Source: Candidatus Latescibacterota bacterium (GTDB taxonomy: Bacteria > Latescibacterota > UBA2968 > UBA8231). From it: a stretch of DNA of 64,000 nt. How positions within the stretch are numbered: the stretch's first letter is position 1; every line of letters begins with the position of its first letter. The stretch spans positions 3,008,001 through 3,072,000 of the forward strand of contig CBDETK010000013.1 in assembly GCA_965242865.1 (NCBI GenBank). Reading direction: 5' to 3'. Of the stretch, positions 1 to 10,069 are shown in pieces. Below the pieces are notes generated by a model. That model searched no databases, was not told the origin of the DNA, and was given only the letters and a program-made list of their open reading frames with translations. Both the position numbers and the translations under genes were made by a program.

Positions 1-1
1 T

Positions 2-3000
2 CCACACCGCATTGACCGTGGCGAGCTACGGGCCGAGGGCCTCGGCGACAGTCTGAGGGCCGCTTTGCAAGCCTCGTTTGCCTTGGGGCTGAAGCTGCCG
101 CGGCCTTTGCAGGTGGCGGCCGAGGCCACGGTACAGGCCGATTCTGCGCGAGGCTCCCTAGCAGCGGAGATCGGCGGGGCGTTGACGCCGCTGCAACTGC
201 GCGGGACGCTCCGCGGGCAAGGTCGTGCGCCAGCAGTCTCCGCAGTGGATCTTCGCGGGCGCGTACAGGCCGACAGTACGCGCTTGGTGCTAGACTCGCT
301 GCTCGTCTCTTTGTTCGACGGCACCCTGACGGGCGGCGCGACCTATTTTCTGGGCCGCGACAGCTTGCAGGCCGAGCTGCGGGGCGAGGGATTTGATCTC
401 GCACGAGTGGCTCCCTTGGGCGGGCGGGCGGAATTCGAGCTCGCGGCTGGGGTGAATACCCAGCACCAGCGCTATGCAGCGGACTTTGCCGGCCTCCTGC
501 GCGACGTGGACTTTTTTCCCGATCGGCCGTTCGACGCCGAGATAACGGCACGGCATCGGCCCGATGGAGCGACCCGGCTCGACCTGCAATCGCCCTTGCT
601 GGAGCTTGTCGCCACTGGCTCTTCGAGCTTGGCGGACTACGATCTCGCGCTAGAGGGCGCGGTGCTGGCGGCGTTCTTTTGGCGCGGTGCAGCCCCCGTA
701 GCCATCGCCGGGCAGGCTACGCCCGACACGCTGGCGTTGCAGCTCGCGACTCCCCAGCTCCCCGGCGAATGGGGCGCAGAGTTCGGGCCGCTCGCGGCGG
801 ATCTTCATCTAGTGGCCAACCGCTATCTCACGACCGCGCTGCGCTTAGAGCGCGATCTCTTGGTGGCGCGGGCGGACATCGACCTTGAGACCGAGGCGGT
901 CGATACGCTGGTCGCGGCTGTGAACGGACTGGTGCTGGAGCGGGTCATGCCCGGGTTGAGCGGGCGGCTCGACGCGAATTTGCGCGGGGGGGGCGGGCTG
1001 TCGCTCAACGAGCTGCGGTTGGCCGGGCGCACCGCGACTACGCCGCTGGCGTACGCCGGGTGGCAGACCGGCGAACTCGCGCTGGACATGGGCTGGGACC
1101 AAGGCGCGGCGCGGCTAGCCGGCGGCGGGCCGGGCGTCCGCGTGCTGGCCGCACTCGACGCGGCCGGGCACCTAACGGCCCAAGCGGATTTCGCCGATAC
1201 CTTGTTGCGAGGCGCCGATGATGCGGTGGCCACATTGAGCGGTGTTTTGCGGTGGGAGGGGCCGTTGGACAGCCTGTCCGCGGCCCGAGGAAGTCTCGCG
1301 CTCGACTCGCTCTTGCTGCGGCCGGGGACATGGGCCTTGCAAAGCTCCGGGCCGCTCCGGGCCGACTACGGCGACGGGCGCTTGGACCTCGCCGCGATGC
1401 ACTTGCAAACGCCGGTCGGCCTAGTGAGCCTTTCCGGGCAGCTCGGGCGGGATTCGCTCGCGGCGACCGTGGAGCTGCCGGGCCTTGCGCTGTCCAATCT
1501 CGTGCCCGACCTCAGCGCGACGGGCAGCGGGCAACTGCGGGTTGGCGGGACGCTGGCCAGACCGGAGGCCCAAGGGGTGGTGACGCTGGCGGAGACGCGC
1601 CTCGACACCTTTGCCCTCGGTCGTGCCGAGCTGCGCCTCGCGCTGGCGGATTCGCTCCGGGCCGAGTTCACGGCCGATGCCGGTGTGCGCCTCGCGCTCA
1701 CCTGTCCAGCCGCCTCGCTCTTCGGGCCGGGGGAAGCCCCCGCCCAACTCGCAATCGCGGCGGTCGCGGCCGACTTGGGGCCGGTGCTCAGTTATGCTTT
1801 GGGACGCCCGCTACACGGGCGGCTCGATCTCGCTGGGCACTTAGAAGCGGGCTTGGGGGGTTCCATGCCGAGCTGGCGCGACGTGGCCGGGCACATCGAG
1901 GTGCGCGGCTTGACCCTCCAGTCGCAAGCGGCCGACTCGCTGCGGCTGGGCCTCCGATCCGGCGGGCGATTCGCGCTCAACGCGGGCCGCGTCCTGCTGG
2001 ACTCGGTGGCGATTGGCTTGTGGCGTTACGACCGCGACCACCTCGCCCTACAGCCAGCCGGCACCTTGCGATTAGCGGGCCAATTCGCGGACGCCGACCG
2101 CTCGCAGATTGAGTTGGCCCTTGAAGACTTAGACTTGGCTTTCTTGGGCGGTCCTAGGGGGCTGGTCCAGCTCAACGCCGAAGTCAGCGGCACGACGACC
2201 GCTCCCCAACTCGCCGTCGATCTGGACGTGGCAACCGAGGACTTAGGGGGGCTGCGCGGCCGGCTCAGCGGCGATGGGCGCGGCGGCGATTGGCACTTGA
2301 ACTGGACGACCGCACTCGACGACAGCCTCATCGTGACCGGCCAAGTGCCTTGGGATTTGCCGGCCGGCGAACTTGCTCTAGACGAGGGCTGGCTAGCGGC
2401 GCGGTCCAACGGCATTGGCCTCGGCTTCCTCGGCGATCTAATCGCCGAACTGGACCATCTCGACGGCCGGATTAGCGCGGACCTCCGGGCCGACGGGCTG
2501 GACTCAACGCTCTCGCTGCGAGGCCAAATAGGGGTCGCAGCCCTCGAATTTGCCCTGCTCGATCTCGAGCCGATTTACGCCTTGCCCGACGGGCAGGTGC
2601 AATTCAAGGGCCGGGAGGTCGAGTTGGTGGGGTTTGCCGTTGAGAAAGAACCCCAGCGGGGGTTTCGCAGCGCGTCGCTCGCCGGGCGGGTCGATCTAGC
2701 GCAGCTCGACGACCCCCGCTTTGACTTGCGGCTCCAAGCCGAGCGGATGACCTCCTACTACGAGGCGGCCGCCCAGTCCTTTGCGGCCGATGACATCGAC
2801 TTGGATCTAGCTTTTTCTGGCTCAGTTAGCGCGTCCGAGTTGGCCGGGCGCATCCGCATTGACCGGCCGCGGTCTGAGGCGAGTCTCGTGGCCCTCACGC
2901 TTCCCGTGCCGCCGCCACCGCCGGCCTTGCGCGACGAGTTCTTGGAAAACATGGCCCTCGCGGTCGAGATCGATCTCCGCGGCCTCGCCCTCGACAGCGA

Positions 3001-3748
3001 GCTCGCCGAGGTCGAAGCGTCCGGTGCGGTCGAGGTCGGCGGCACCTTCTACAAGCCGCTCTTCCAAGGCGACATCACCATAGACGAAGGCACGGTCTTC
3101 GTCCTCAACCAGCCGTTTGCGATCACGAGAGGGCGCGTCGTCCTAAACCGCCTCGCGCCGACAAAGTCCATCCTCGACGTGATGTACGACCCCCTTGAAC
3201 TGAACCCCACTCTCGATGTGCAGGCCACGGTCGCGGACATCGAAGACATTCAGACCGGCGCGAAATACGACGTGACCTTGACGCTGCAAGGGCCGACTGA
3301 GAAAATCGTGCCAGCTTTTTCCTCGGCTTCAGAGGACCCAGACTTGGACCCGCTGGACATTCCGGGCATCGTCAACCTGCTGGCCTTTAACATGGCAAAC
3401 CCCGACACCATCGCGTCCTTTAATACCGCGGCCGTGGCCTTTGGCACGGCCGCTGGCCAGCTCTTGAGCAAGCAAGTCGAAAAGGTGGGACTCAACGAAT
3501 TCACGGTTCTGCCGTCGAGCGCGATTGTCGGGGCTTCGCCCGGGGATCCCGTGCTCCGCGCGGGTAAGTATCTCGGCGGGTTGCCGCTGCCGCTTTGGGT
3601 GCGCTACGAGGCCCTGCTAAAAGACATGGCGGCCGGCGAGGTGCAGGTCGAACACAAAATCAAGTCCTTTCTGACCATCGTCGGCTCGGCCCAAAGCCGG
3701 TACGAAAGCTATGGGCTGGGCATCGGTCTGAAGCGAGAGTTCCGGTGA
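2..3748 (+). CDS. tamB: TamB-like translocation/assembly module protein (DUF490 C-terminus), 5'-truncated by window edge
   Basis: Frame is open from position 2. Long Gly/Leu/Ala-rich beta-taco-like sequence, with TamB-like C-terminal motifs (V.GT..P...G.I.I.EG, P.LDV.A) and a terminal beta strand GIGLKREFR. Adjacent to an Omp85 gene. Confidence 0.8.
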   Translation, partial: PHRIDRGELRAEGLGDSLRAALQASFALGLKLPRPLQVAAEATVQADSARGSLAAEIGGALTPLQLRGTLRGQGRAPAVSAVDLRGRVQADSTRLVLDSLLVSLFDGTLTGGATYFLGRDSLQAELRGEGFDLARVAPLGGRAEFELAAGVNTQHQRYAADFAGLLRDVDFFPDRPFDAEITARHRPDGATRLDLQSPLLELVATGSSSLADYDLALEGAVLAAFFWRGAAPVAIAGQATPDTLALQLATPQLPGEWGAEFGPLAADLHLVANRYLTTALRLERDLLVARADIDLETEAVDTLVAAVNGLVLERVMPGLSGRLDANLRGGGGLSLNELRLAGRTATTPLAYAGWQTGELALDMGWDQGAARLAGGGPGVRVLAALDAAGHLTAQADFADTLLRGADDAVATLSGVLRWEGPLDSLSAARGSLALDSLLLRPGTWALQSSGPLRADYGDGRLDLAAMHLQTPVGLVSLSGQLGRDSLAATVELPGLALSNLVPDLSATGSGQLRVGGTLARPEAQGVVTLAETRLDTFALGRAELRLALADSLRAEFTADAGVRLALTCPAASLFGPGEAPAQLAIAAVAADLGPVLSYALGRPLHGRLDLAGHLEAGLGGSMPSWRDVAGHIEVRGLTLQSQAADSLRLGLRSGGRFALNAGRVLLDSVAIGLWRYDRDHLALQPAGTLRLAGQFADADRSQIELALEDLDLAFLGGPRGLVQLNAEVSGTTTAPQLAVDLDVATEDLGGLRGRLSGDGRGGDWHLNWTTALDDSLIVTGQVPWDLPAGELALDEGWLAARSNGIGLGFLGDLIAELDHLDGRISADLRADGLDSTLSLRGQIGVAALEFALLDLEPIYALPDGQVQFKGREVELVGFAVEKEPQRGFRSASLAGRVDLAQLDDPRFDLRLQAERMTSYYEAAAQSFAADDIDLDLAFSGSVSASELAGRIRIDRPRSEASLVALTLPVPPPPPALRDEFLENMALAVEIDLRGLALDSELAEVEASGAVEVGGTFYKPLFQGDITIDEGTVFVLNQPFAITRGRVVLNRLAPTKSILDVMYDPLELNPTLDVQATVADIEDIQTGAKYDVTLTLQGPTEKIVPAFSSASEDPDLDPLDIPGIVNLLAFNMANPDTIASFNTAAVAFGTAAGQLLSKQVEKVGLNEFTVLPSSAIVGASPGDPVLRAGKYLGGLPLPLWVRYEALLKDMAAGEVQVEHKIKSFLTIVGSAQSRYESYGLGIGLKREFR

Positions 3749-5832
3749 CCGCGTTCGCGGCCGTGCTCTGTCTGGCCCTCGCCGGCATGGCCGCGGCCCA
3801 AGAGGACCTGCGCGGAGCATCGGTCCGCCAAGCCGATGGCCACAAGGTGGCCCAAGTTCGCTTCGTTCACCGCGGCGAAAAGCGCATCAAAGGCGAGACC
3901 TTGCGCTCGGCCATGCTAACCCAAGAGGGCCAGCGCTTCCACCGCCGCTTCTTCAAAAACGACCTGAGCCAACTGGTCAACCTCTACCGCAGCAAGGGCT
4001 ATCGCGACGCCGAGATCGTCCGCAAGTACCTGCGCTTGGACGCCAAGGACCGAGTCCACATTCACATCGAAATTGACAGCGGCGCGCTGTGGACGGTGCG
4101 CCGCCTAACGCTCGTAGGAGGCGCGCCCTTTGCGGCCGACACCCTGCGCGCTCAGGTCAGCTTGCGCGCGGGCGCACCCCTCGACTACGGCAAGGTGCTC
4201 GAAGGCGAGCGCCAGCTCCAAGCCTTCCTCAATCAGCGCGGCTATCCTCACGCGACCGTGCGCAACGAGTGGGTGGAAGACGATCTCGCCGGCCGCAGCA
4301 CCGAGGTCGTCTTCCGCATTGATCCTGGGCGCAAGATGTACTTCGGCGCAGTGGAGGTCGAAAACCTCGACCAGCTATACACGCGCAAGGTGCTGATCGA
4401 TCGCTACATGTACTTTGAGCCGGGGGACGTGTACGATCCCGAGCAGCTCGCCAAAAGCCGCGAGCAACTGGCGCGGACCGGCCTGTTCCGCTCGGTCTTT
4501 TTGCTCACGCCCGAGACGGGCGACAGCTTGCAGTCGGTCGTGGTGCGCTTGAGCGAAAAAAAGCGCATCTCCTTCAGTACCTACGCCTTTTTTAGCAACA
4601 TCAATCCGCGCCTGACAGGGGCCGTGCAGCACAACAACTGGCTGGGTCGCGGCGCGCGGCTAAGCCTCGACGCAAGCTGGGGCCAGCCGGAGCAGGGCGT
4701 CACCGCGTCCTTTACCGAGCGCAATGTGCTGGGCACGGGCGCGGACCTCGTGCTGTCGGCCGGGGTCAGCGACGAATGGGAAGACAACCGGAGGCGGTCC
4801 GGCGACCCAAACGACCAGCGGCAATTCGCGCTTTTGACGGCCAACGACTCCATACTCAACGGCCTTTTGTTATTCTCCGGGGAAGTAGATGCGCGGGAGT
4901 ACATCAACACGGCCACTTTCAGATACCGCTCGATTGAGCACTTGTGGAAAGCCGAAGCAACGCTCACCAAAGGCTGGCGCGAAATCTATCAAGTCCAAGT
5001 CTCTCTGAGCGGAGAAGACTCGCGCATCCGGCCCGATCCGAGCGAGCGCATAGCCTACGCGCCCAATCCCGACGCCGGCGGGGCAAGCACCGGCGATGAG
5101 CCGACCGATGCGGACGATCTGTTTAGCGACGACGATTTCGACTTCGCTGGCAAAGGCCGTTCCCTCGCCCAAGACGAGGTCATAGACTACAGCGACGGCA
5201 AAATTCCAGTGACGGCGGATTGGCTGCAGATTCTGACCGAACGCGAGCGCTCGGTCAATTTGAAGACCGAGTTTTTGCGCGACTCGCGCGACGACCCCTT
5301 TGCCCCCACCCGCGGCGCGTTTTTGCGGTTGACCGGACTGTACGCCTATTCGTTCATTCTCGGTCGGCATCAGACCTATGTAATCGACGGCGAGGCCGAG
5401 TTTATATACTACCAACCGCTCTCGCGCCGGCTGGTATTGGCCTTAGCCCTGCAAGGGACGCGGACGGGCTCGCTGCGTCAAGGACGCGCCCTGCCGCAGA
5501 AGTACTGGAAGGCGTATGGCGGCGAGGGCTCGGTGCGGGGAGTCGAGTACGAGGCAATACAGGCGACGGGTGGCGGCCGCCTCGGCCTGAACATGCGCGG
5601 GGAGTTGCGCTATCAGCGCAACAGCTTCGGCTTGGTTGGCTTTTGGGACCGGGCGCAGGTCTGGCGGCGGCCAAGCGAGGCGACCTTGCGGCCCATGGTG
5701 GATGGCTATGGGGTGGGGTTGCGCTACGTCTTGGGGTTTCCCCTCCGGCTCGACCTAGCCTTTAACGATGGTGCCCTCAACGGCGAATCGCGGCGGATTC
5801 GGTTTTACTTTTCTATTGGCCAAGCCTTTTAA
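3745..5832 (+). CDS. Omp85/TamA-BamA family outer membrane protein with POTRA domains
   Basis: GTG at 3745 overlaps the tamB TGA and gives a signal peptide (TAFAAVLCLALAGMAAA). POTRA-like motifs (YRSKGYRDA, RGYPHA, LARTGLFRSV), GGEGSVRG loop motif, C-terminal FYFSIGQAF. Confidence 0.85.
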   Translation: MTAFAAVLCLALAGMAAAQEDLRGASVRQADGHKVAQVRFVHRGEKRIKGETLRSAMLTQEGQRFHRRFFKNDLSQLVNLYRSKGYRDAEIVRKYLRLDAKDRVHIHIEIDSGALWTVRRLTLVGGAPFAADTLRAQVSLRAGAPLDYGKVLEGERQLQAFLNQRGYPHATVRNEWVEDDLAGRSTEVVFRIDPGRKMYFGAVEVENLDQLYTRKVLIDRYMYFEPGDVYDPEQLAKSREQLARTGLFRSVFLLTPETGDSLQSVVVRLSEKKRISFSTYAFFSNINPRLTGAVQHNNWLGRGARLSLDASWGQPEQGVTASFTERNVLGTGADLVLSAGVSDEWEDNRRRSGDPNDQRQFALLTANDSILNGLLLFSGEVDAREYINTATFRYRSIEHLWKAEATLTKGWREIYQVQVSLSGEDSRIRPDPSERIAYAPNPDAGGASTGDEPTDADDLFSDDDFDFAGKGRSLAQDEVIDYSDGKIPVTADWLQILTERERSVNLKTEFLRDSRDDPFAPTRGAFLRLTGLYAYSFILGRHQTYVIDGEAEFIYYQPLSRRLVLALALQGTRTGSLRQGRALPQKYWKAYGGEGSVRGVEYEAIQATGGGRLGLNMRGELRYQRNSFGLVGFWDRAQVWRRPSEATLRPMVDGYGVGLRYVLGFPLRLDLAFNDGALNGESRRIRFYFSIGQAF

Positions 5833-6680
5833 TGCTCGAAATAATCCATCACGCCACGGCCAGCGAGTTGCTTGCGCTTGCAGGGGCTTGCCTCAAAGCG
5901 CACGAGAGCGAAAACAACTTGCCGCTCGGCCTTGCGTACGCGCTCGCCACCGATCCCCAGCGCTACGGCCCTGAGCCACCGCTGTTATTGAGTGTTTTGG
6001 AGCGAGGGGAAGCGGTCGGCGTGGCCGTAATGACGCCGCCGCGGCGGCTCGTCCTGAGCAAGTTTGCGGCGAGAGGGGCCATGGCCCCTCTCGTGCGCTA
6101 CCTGCTCAACGCGGCCGCGCCCATTCCGGGCGTCGTCGGGCCGGCGTCCCAAGCGCACGCCTTTGCCGCTTGCTGGGCCGAGGCCCTGCCGAGCGCAGCA
6201 CCTCGGGTGGCCGCCCGGATGCGCGTATTTGAGGCGCGAACGGTTGCCAACGTGCCCCTTGCGGCGGGGGACCTGCGCTTGGCCCGCATGGACGACTACC
6301 CGCTCATGGCGCAGTGGATGGCCGCCTTTTCGCAAGAGGCGTTGGGTGCCGACCCCAACCGGGCCGAGCAAGAAGCCGAGCGGGCCATCGGCGACGGGCA
6401 ACTGTACGTGTGGGACTGCAACGGGCCGGTCTCTATCGCCAAAGCCTCGCGCCCGCTGCGAACCGGCACGACGATCAACGCGGTGTACACGCCGCCCGCG
6501 CAGCGCAACAAGGGATATGCCACTTCATGCGTGGCGTCCCTGACCGAGAAGCTGCTCTCAGAGCGCTATTCGTTTTGCAGCCTATTTGCCGATTTGTCCA
6601 ATCCAACCTCCAACGGCATCTACGCGAAAATCGGCTATGTGCCTTTGGGCGATGCGTTGGAATTTGATTTCGCTACCTGA
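5832..6680 (+). CDS. GNAT family N-acetyltransferase (FR47-like C-terminus)
   Basis: VYTPPAQRNKGYA acetyl-CoA motif and NPTSNGIYAKIGY; TAATG overlap with the upstream gene. Confidence 0.85.
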   Translation: MLEIIHHATASELLALAGACLKAHESENNLPLGLAYALATDPQRYGPEPPLLLSVLERGEAVGVAVMTPPRRLVLSKFAARGAMAPLVRYLLNAAAPIPGVVGPASQAHAFAACWAEALPSAAPRVAARMRVFEARTVANVPLAAGDLRLARMDDYPLMAQWMAAFSQEALGADPNRAEQEAERAIGDGQLYVWDCNGPVSIAKASRPLRTGTTINAVYTPPAQRNKGYATSCVASLTEKLLSERYSFCSLFADLSNPTSNGIYAKIGYVPLGDALEFDFAT

Positions 6681-6698
6681 AACCCGGAAAGGGCTTTT

Positions 6699-8540
6699 AT
6701 GCAGTCATTTCGCAGCAGTACCACCACCCAAGGAAGGCGCATGGCCGGAGCGCGGGCCTTGTGGCGCGCCACCGGCATGAAGACCGAGGATTTTCAAAAG
6801 CCCATCGTCGCCATTGCCAATTCCTTTACTCAGTTCGTGCCCGGGCACGTGCATTTGCACCCCATTGGCCAGCAGGTCAAGGAAGTGATCGACCAGCACG
6901 GCGGCTACGGCGTGGAGTTCAACACCATTGCCGTAGATGACGGCATTGCCATGGGCCACGACGGGATGCTCTACTCCCTACCGAGCCGCGAGCTAATCGC
7001 CGACAGCGTCGAATACATGGTGCAGGCCCACAAGGCCGACGCCCTCGTCTGCATTTCCAATTGCGACAAGATCACCCCGGGCATGTTGCTGGCCGCGCTC
7101 AGGCTCAACATCCCGGCGATCTTCGTCTCTGGGGGGCCGATGGAGGCCGGCAAGGCCGAGCTGTCAACCGGCCGCGCCAAGCTCGATTTGATCGACTCCA
7201 TGGTCGCGGCGGCCGACCCCAATTTGAGCGACGAGGACGTGGCCAAGATGGAGGAACAAGCCTGCCCGACTTGTGGCTCGTGCTCGGGCATGTTCACCGC
7301 CAACTCCATGAACTGCCTCAACGAGGCCATCGGCCTAGCCCTGCCGGGCAACGGCACCATCCTCGCCACGCACGAGCTGCGCTGGGAGCTTTTTGCCGCG
7401 GCCGGCAAGCGGATCGTCGAAATGGCCCAAGCATTTTACTTAGAGGGCAACACTTCGGTGCTGCCGCGCAGCATTGCGACCTTCTCGGCCTTTGAAAACG
7501 CCATGAGCTTAGACATTGCCATGGGCGGCTCCACCAACACGGTCCTGCACTTGTTGGCCATGGCCCGCGAGGCCGAAGTCAATTTCACCATGGCCGACAT
7601 CGACCGGCTCTCGCGGCAGGTCCCCTGCATCTGCAAGGTCGCACCGGCTTCGCAGGAGTTTCACATCGAGGACGTCGCCCGCGCCGGCGGCATTATGAGC
7701 ATTCTCGGCGAGCTGTTGCGCGCCGGCAAAATCCACCCCGAGCCAAACACCGTTGCCGGGCCGTCGCTGGGCGAGCTGATCGCCGCCAACGACATTCGCG
7801 GGCCGGGCGCGGTGGCGGCGGCGGCCAAGCAGCGGGCCTTGGCGGCCCCGGGGAACGTGCGGACCAAGGTCGCCTTCTCCCAAAACAACTTTTATCCCGA
7901 GCCGGACACCGACGATCAAACCGGCTGCATCCACTCGGTCGCACACGCTTATTCGCAAGACGGCGGGTTGGCCGTGCTTTTCGGCAACATCGCCGAGGAG
8001 GGCTGCATCGTGAAGACCGCCGGCGTCGATGAGTCGGTCTGGGTCTTTGAGGGCACGGCCCGGATCTTTGAGTCGCAGGACGAAGCATGCGAAGGGATCC
8101 TCAGCGGCAAGGTCCGCGCCGGCGACGTAGTAGTAATCCGCTACGAGGGCCCCAAGGGCGGGCCGGGGATGCAGGAGATGCTCTACCCAACGTCGTATCT
8201 CAAGTCCATGGGGTTGGGCAAGACCTGTGCGCTGCTGACCGACGGCCGCTTTTCCGGCGGCACCTCTGGCCTGTCGGTTGGCCACGTCTCCCCAGAGGCG
8301 GCCGAGGGCGGGGCACTGGCCCTCGTAGAAACCGGCGACCGGATTCGCATCGACATTCCCAACCGCAAAATTGACGTGTTGCTCGCCGACGCCGCACTCT
8401 CGGGCCGACGGCAAAAAATAGACGCCTATCGGCCCCGCAACCGCCAACGGCACGTCCCCCAATCGCTGCGGGCCTATGCCGCCCTGACGACGAGCGCGGC
8501 GCACGGGGCGGTGCGAGACGTGGGACAACTGCAAAAATAG
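6699..8540 (+). CDS. ilvD: Dihydroxy-acid dehydratase
   Basis: Signature motifs [39 protein letters not shown] and [11 protein letters not shown]. Confidence 0.97.
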   Translation: MQSFRSSTTTQGRRMAGARALWRATGMKTEDFQKPIVAIANSFTQFVPGHVHLHPIGQQVKEVIDQHGGYGVEFNTIAVDDGIAMGHDGMLYSLPSRELIADSVEYMVQAHKADALVCISNCDKITPGMLLAALRLNIPAIFVSGGPMEAGKAELSTGRAKLDLIDSMVAAADPNLSDEDVAKMEEQACPTCGSCSGMFTANSMNCLNEAIGLALPGNGTILATHELRWELFAAAGKRIVEMAQAFYLEGNTSVLPRSIATFSAFENAMSLDIAMGGSTNTVLHLLAMAREAEVNFTMADIDRLSRQVPCICKVAPASQEFHIEDVARAGGIMSILGELLRAGKIHPEPNTVAGPSLGELIAANDIRGPGAVAAAAKQRALAAPGNVRTKVAFSQNNFYPEPDTDDQTGCIHSVAHAYSQDGGLAVLFGNIAEEGCIVKTAGVDESVWVFEGTARIFESQDEACEGILSGKVRAGDVVVIRYEGPKGGPGMQEMLYPTSYLKSMGLGKTCALLTDGRFSGGTSGLSVGHVSPEAAEGGALALVETGDRIRIDIPNRKIDVLLADAALSGRRQKIDAYRPRNRQRHVPQSLRAYAALTTSAAHGAVRDVGQLQK

Positions 8541-8562
8541 CGTTGCAACCAAAAGGAACCTT

Positions 8563-9519
8563 ATGAAGATCACAGTACTAGACGGACATACCCTAAACCC
8601 CGGCGACAACCCTTGGGATCCGGTCTCGTCATTGGGCGAGTTTGCGGTACACGACACCACGCCAGACGACCTAATTTTGGCGCGGGCGGCGGACGCCGAC
8701 GTGATTTTGACCAACAAGGTGCCGCTGACGGCCGCGACCTTTGCCCGGCTACCCAACTTGCGCTTTGTGTCGGTTATGGCCACCGGGTACAACATCGTCG
8801 ATGTGGCCGCGGCGCGCGCCCGCGCCATTCCGGTGTCAAACATTCCGGTGTACGGCACCGATTCGGTCGCTCAATACACCATGGCCCTGCTGCTCGAACT
8901 GTGCCACCGAATCGGGCATCACGACGCGGCCGTGCATCGAGGCGAGTGGGCTGCATCGGGTTATTGGTGTTTTTGGGAGACTCCGCTGATGGAGCTCGTG
9001 GGGAAAGTTATCGGCCTGGTGGGCTTTGGGCGCATCGGCCAGCGCGTCGGCGAGCTAGCCCACGCTTTTGGCATGGAGGTCTGGGCGTATGCGCCGTCGC
9101 CCAAAGCCCCACCGGGGTACGCGCCGTTTGCCCTCAAGAGCACGGCCGAGATTTTCGCCGGGGCCGACGTGGTCAGCTTGCACTGCCCGCAGACCCCGGA
9201 CAACACCGGCTTTGTCAACGCCGAGTTGTTGGCAACCATGAAGGAAGGGTCGCTTTTTATCAACACGGCGCGCGGAGCACTCGTCGATGAGCAGGCCCTT
9301 TTGCAGGCCCTGCGCGCTGGCAAGCCCCGGGCCACGGCGACCGACGTGGCTTCGGTCGAGCCGATGGCCGGCGACAACCCGCTCTTACAGGCACCGAATC
9401 TACTCATCACGCCGCACATCGCTTGGGCCACGCTAGAGGCGCGCAAGCGACTGATGCAAATGACCGCAGAAAACGTGCGGGCCTTTCTGGCCGGTGCGCC
9501 GATCAACGTGGTGAATTGA
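8563..9519 (+). CDS. D-2-hydroxyacid dehydrogenase (glycerate dehydrogenase/HprA-like)
   Basis: LDGHTLNPGD N-terminus, GLVGFGRIG Rossmann motif, INTARG, TPHIAW. Confidence 0.9.
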   Translation: MKITVLDGHTLNPGDNPWDPVSSLGEFAVHDTTPDDLILARAADADVILTNKVPLTAATFARLPNLRFVSVMATGYNIVDVAAARARAIPVSNIPVYGTDSVAQYTMALLLELCHRIGHHDAAVHRGEWAASGYWCFWETPLMELVGKVIGLVGFGRIGQRVGELAHAFGMEVWAYAPSPKAPPGYAPFALKSTAEIFAGADVVSLHCPQTPDNTGFVNAELLATMKEGSLFINTARGALVDEQALLQALRAGKPRATATDVASVEPMAGDNPLLQAPNLLITPHIAWATLEARKRLMQMTAENVRAFLAGAPINVVN

Positions 9520-9545
9520 CATTGCGCCCGATTTTCGGTTATTAT
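9516..9545 (+). promoter_or_regulatory. Sigma70-type promoter of ssrA
   Basis: TTGACA (9516-9521, overlapping the upstream stop codon), 18 bp spacer, TATTAT (9540-9545), just upstream of the tmRNA 5' end. Confidence 0.7.
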
Positions 9546-9553
9546 TTTCAAAA

Positions 9554-9912
9554 GGGGGCGACACGGCTTCGACGGGGTCGGAGAAGCCCAAATTGCGTGC
9601 CGAGGTCCCGACACCTCGTAAATCCTCGGGAAACAATTAAGCGACGAGAATAACACGTACGCTCTGGCTGCCTAAATTTAGCGCAGCCCATTGGGATCTG
9701 TTGAGCCTGCGCGGCAGGTCCCAATGCCATCTCTTAGCAGGCTGGTCCCAAACCTTTGCCCGAGGGAATGGGGCGAGATTTTTCGGGCTGGCTTGTTGCG
9801 CGGCCCGTCGGCCGGCAACGCAACAGGCGAGATTATTAAGGCCGACTACGCACGTAGCATATTTCGGTAGACTCGGTCTCGGACGCGGGTTCGATTCCCG
9901 CCGCCTCCACCA
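9554..9912 (+). ncRNA. ssrA: tmRNA; tag peptide (A)DENNTYALAA at 9643-9675
   Basis: 5' GGGGGCG pairs with 3' CGCCTCC-ACCA including the G3.U wobble; T-arm GGTTCGATTCC; internal tag ORF ending YALAA-TAA. Confidence 0.97.
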
Positions 9913-9917
9913 TCTTT

Positions 9918-9952
9918 AAGCGCGACTTCTGCACATTGAGGTCGCGCTTTTT
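9918..9952 (+). terminator. Rho-independent terminator after ssrA
   Basis: AAGCGCGAC...GTCGCGCTT stem followed by a T-run. Confidence 0.8.
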
Positions 9953-9960
9953 GTGTTTAC

Positions 9961-10069
9961 CTGCGAAAGAGAGACCATGAAGATCACGCCCTCCCTCGGT
10001 GCTGAAAACCGCCACTGGTCCTTGCTGAAAATTTTTACGGACGAAGGCACTGTCGGCCTCAGCGAGAGG
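9961..10069 (+). pseudogene. Duplicated 5' end (upstream region + first codons) of the enolase-superfamily gene at 13390
   Basis: Matches 13373-13497 with a 15 bp deletion between AAGATCAC/AAGGTCAC microhomologies; reads MKITPSLGAENRHWSLLKIFTDEG. Confidence 0.9.

Noticed and set aside
7509-8858. Long antisense/alternative-frame ORFs (also 33940-35199, 42602-43930, 57102-58307, 61979-63181)
   Set aside because: Shadow ORFs typical of high-GC coding DNA, overlapping well-supported genes and lacking motifs.
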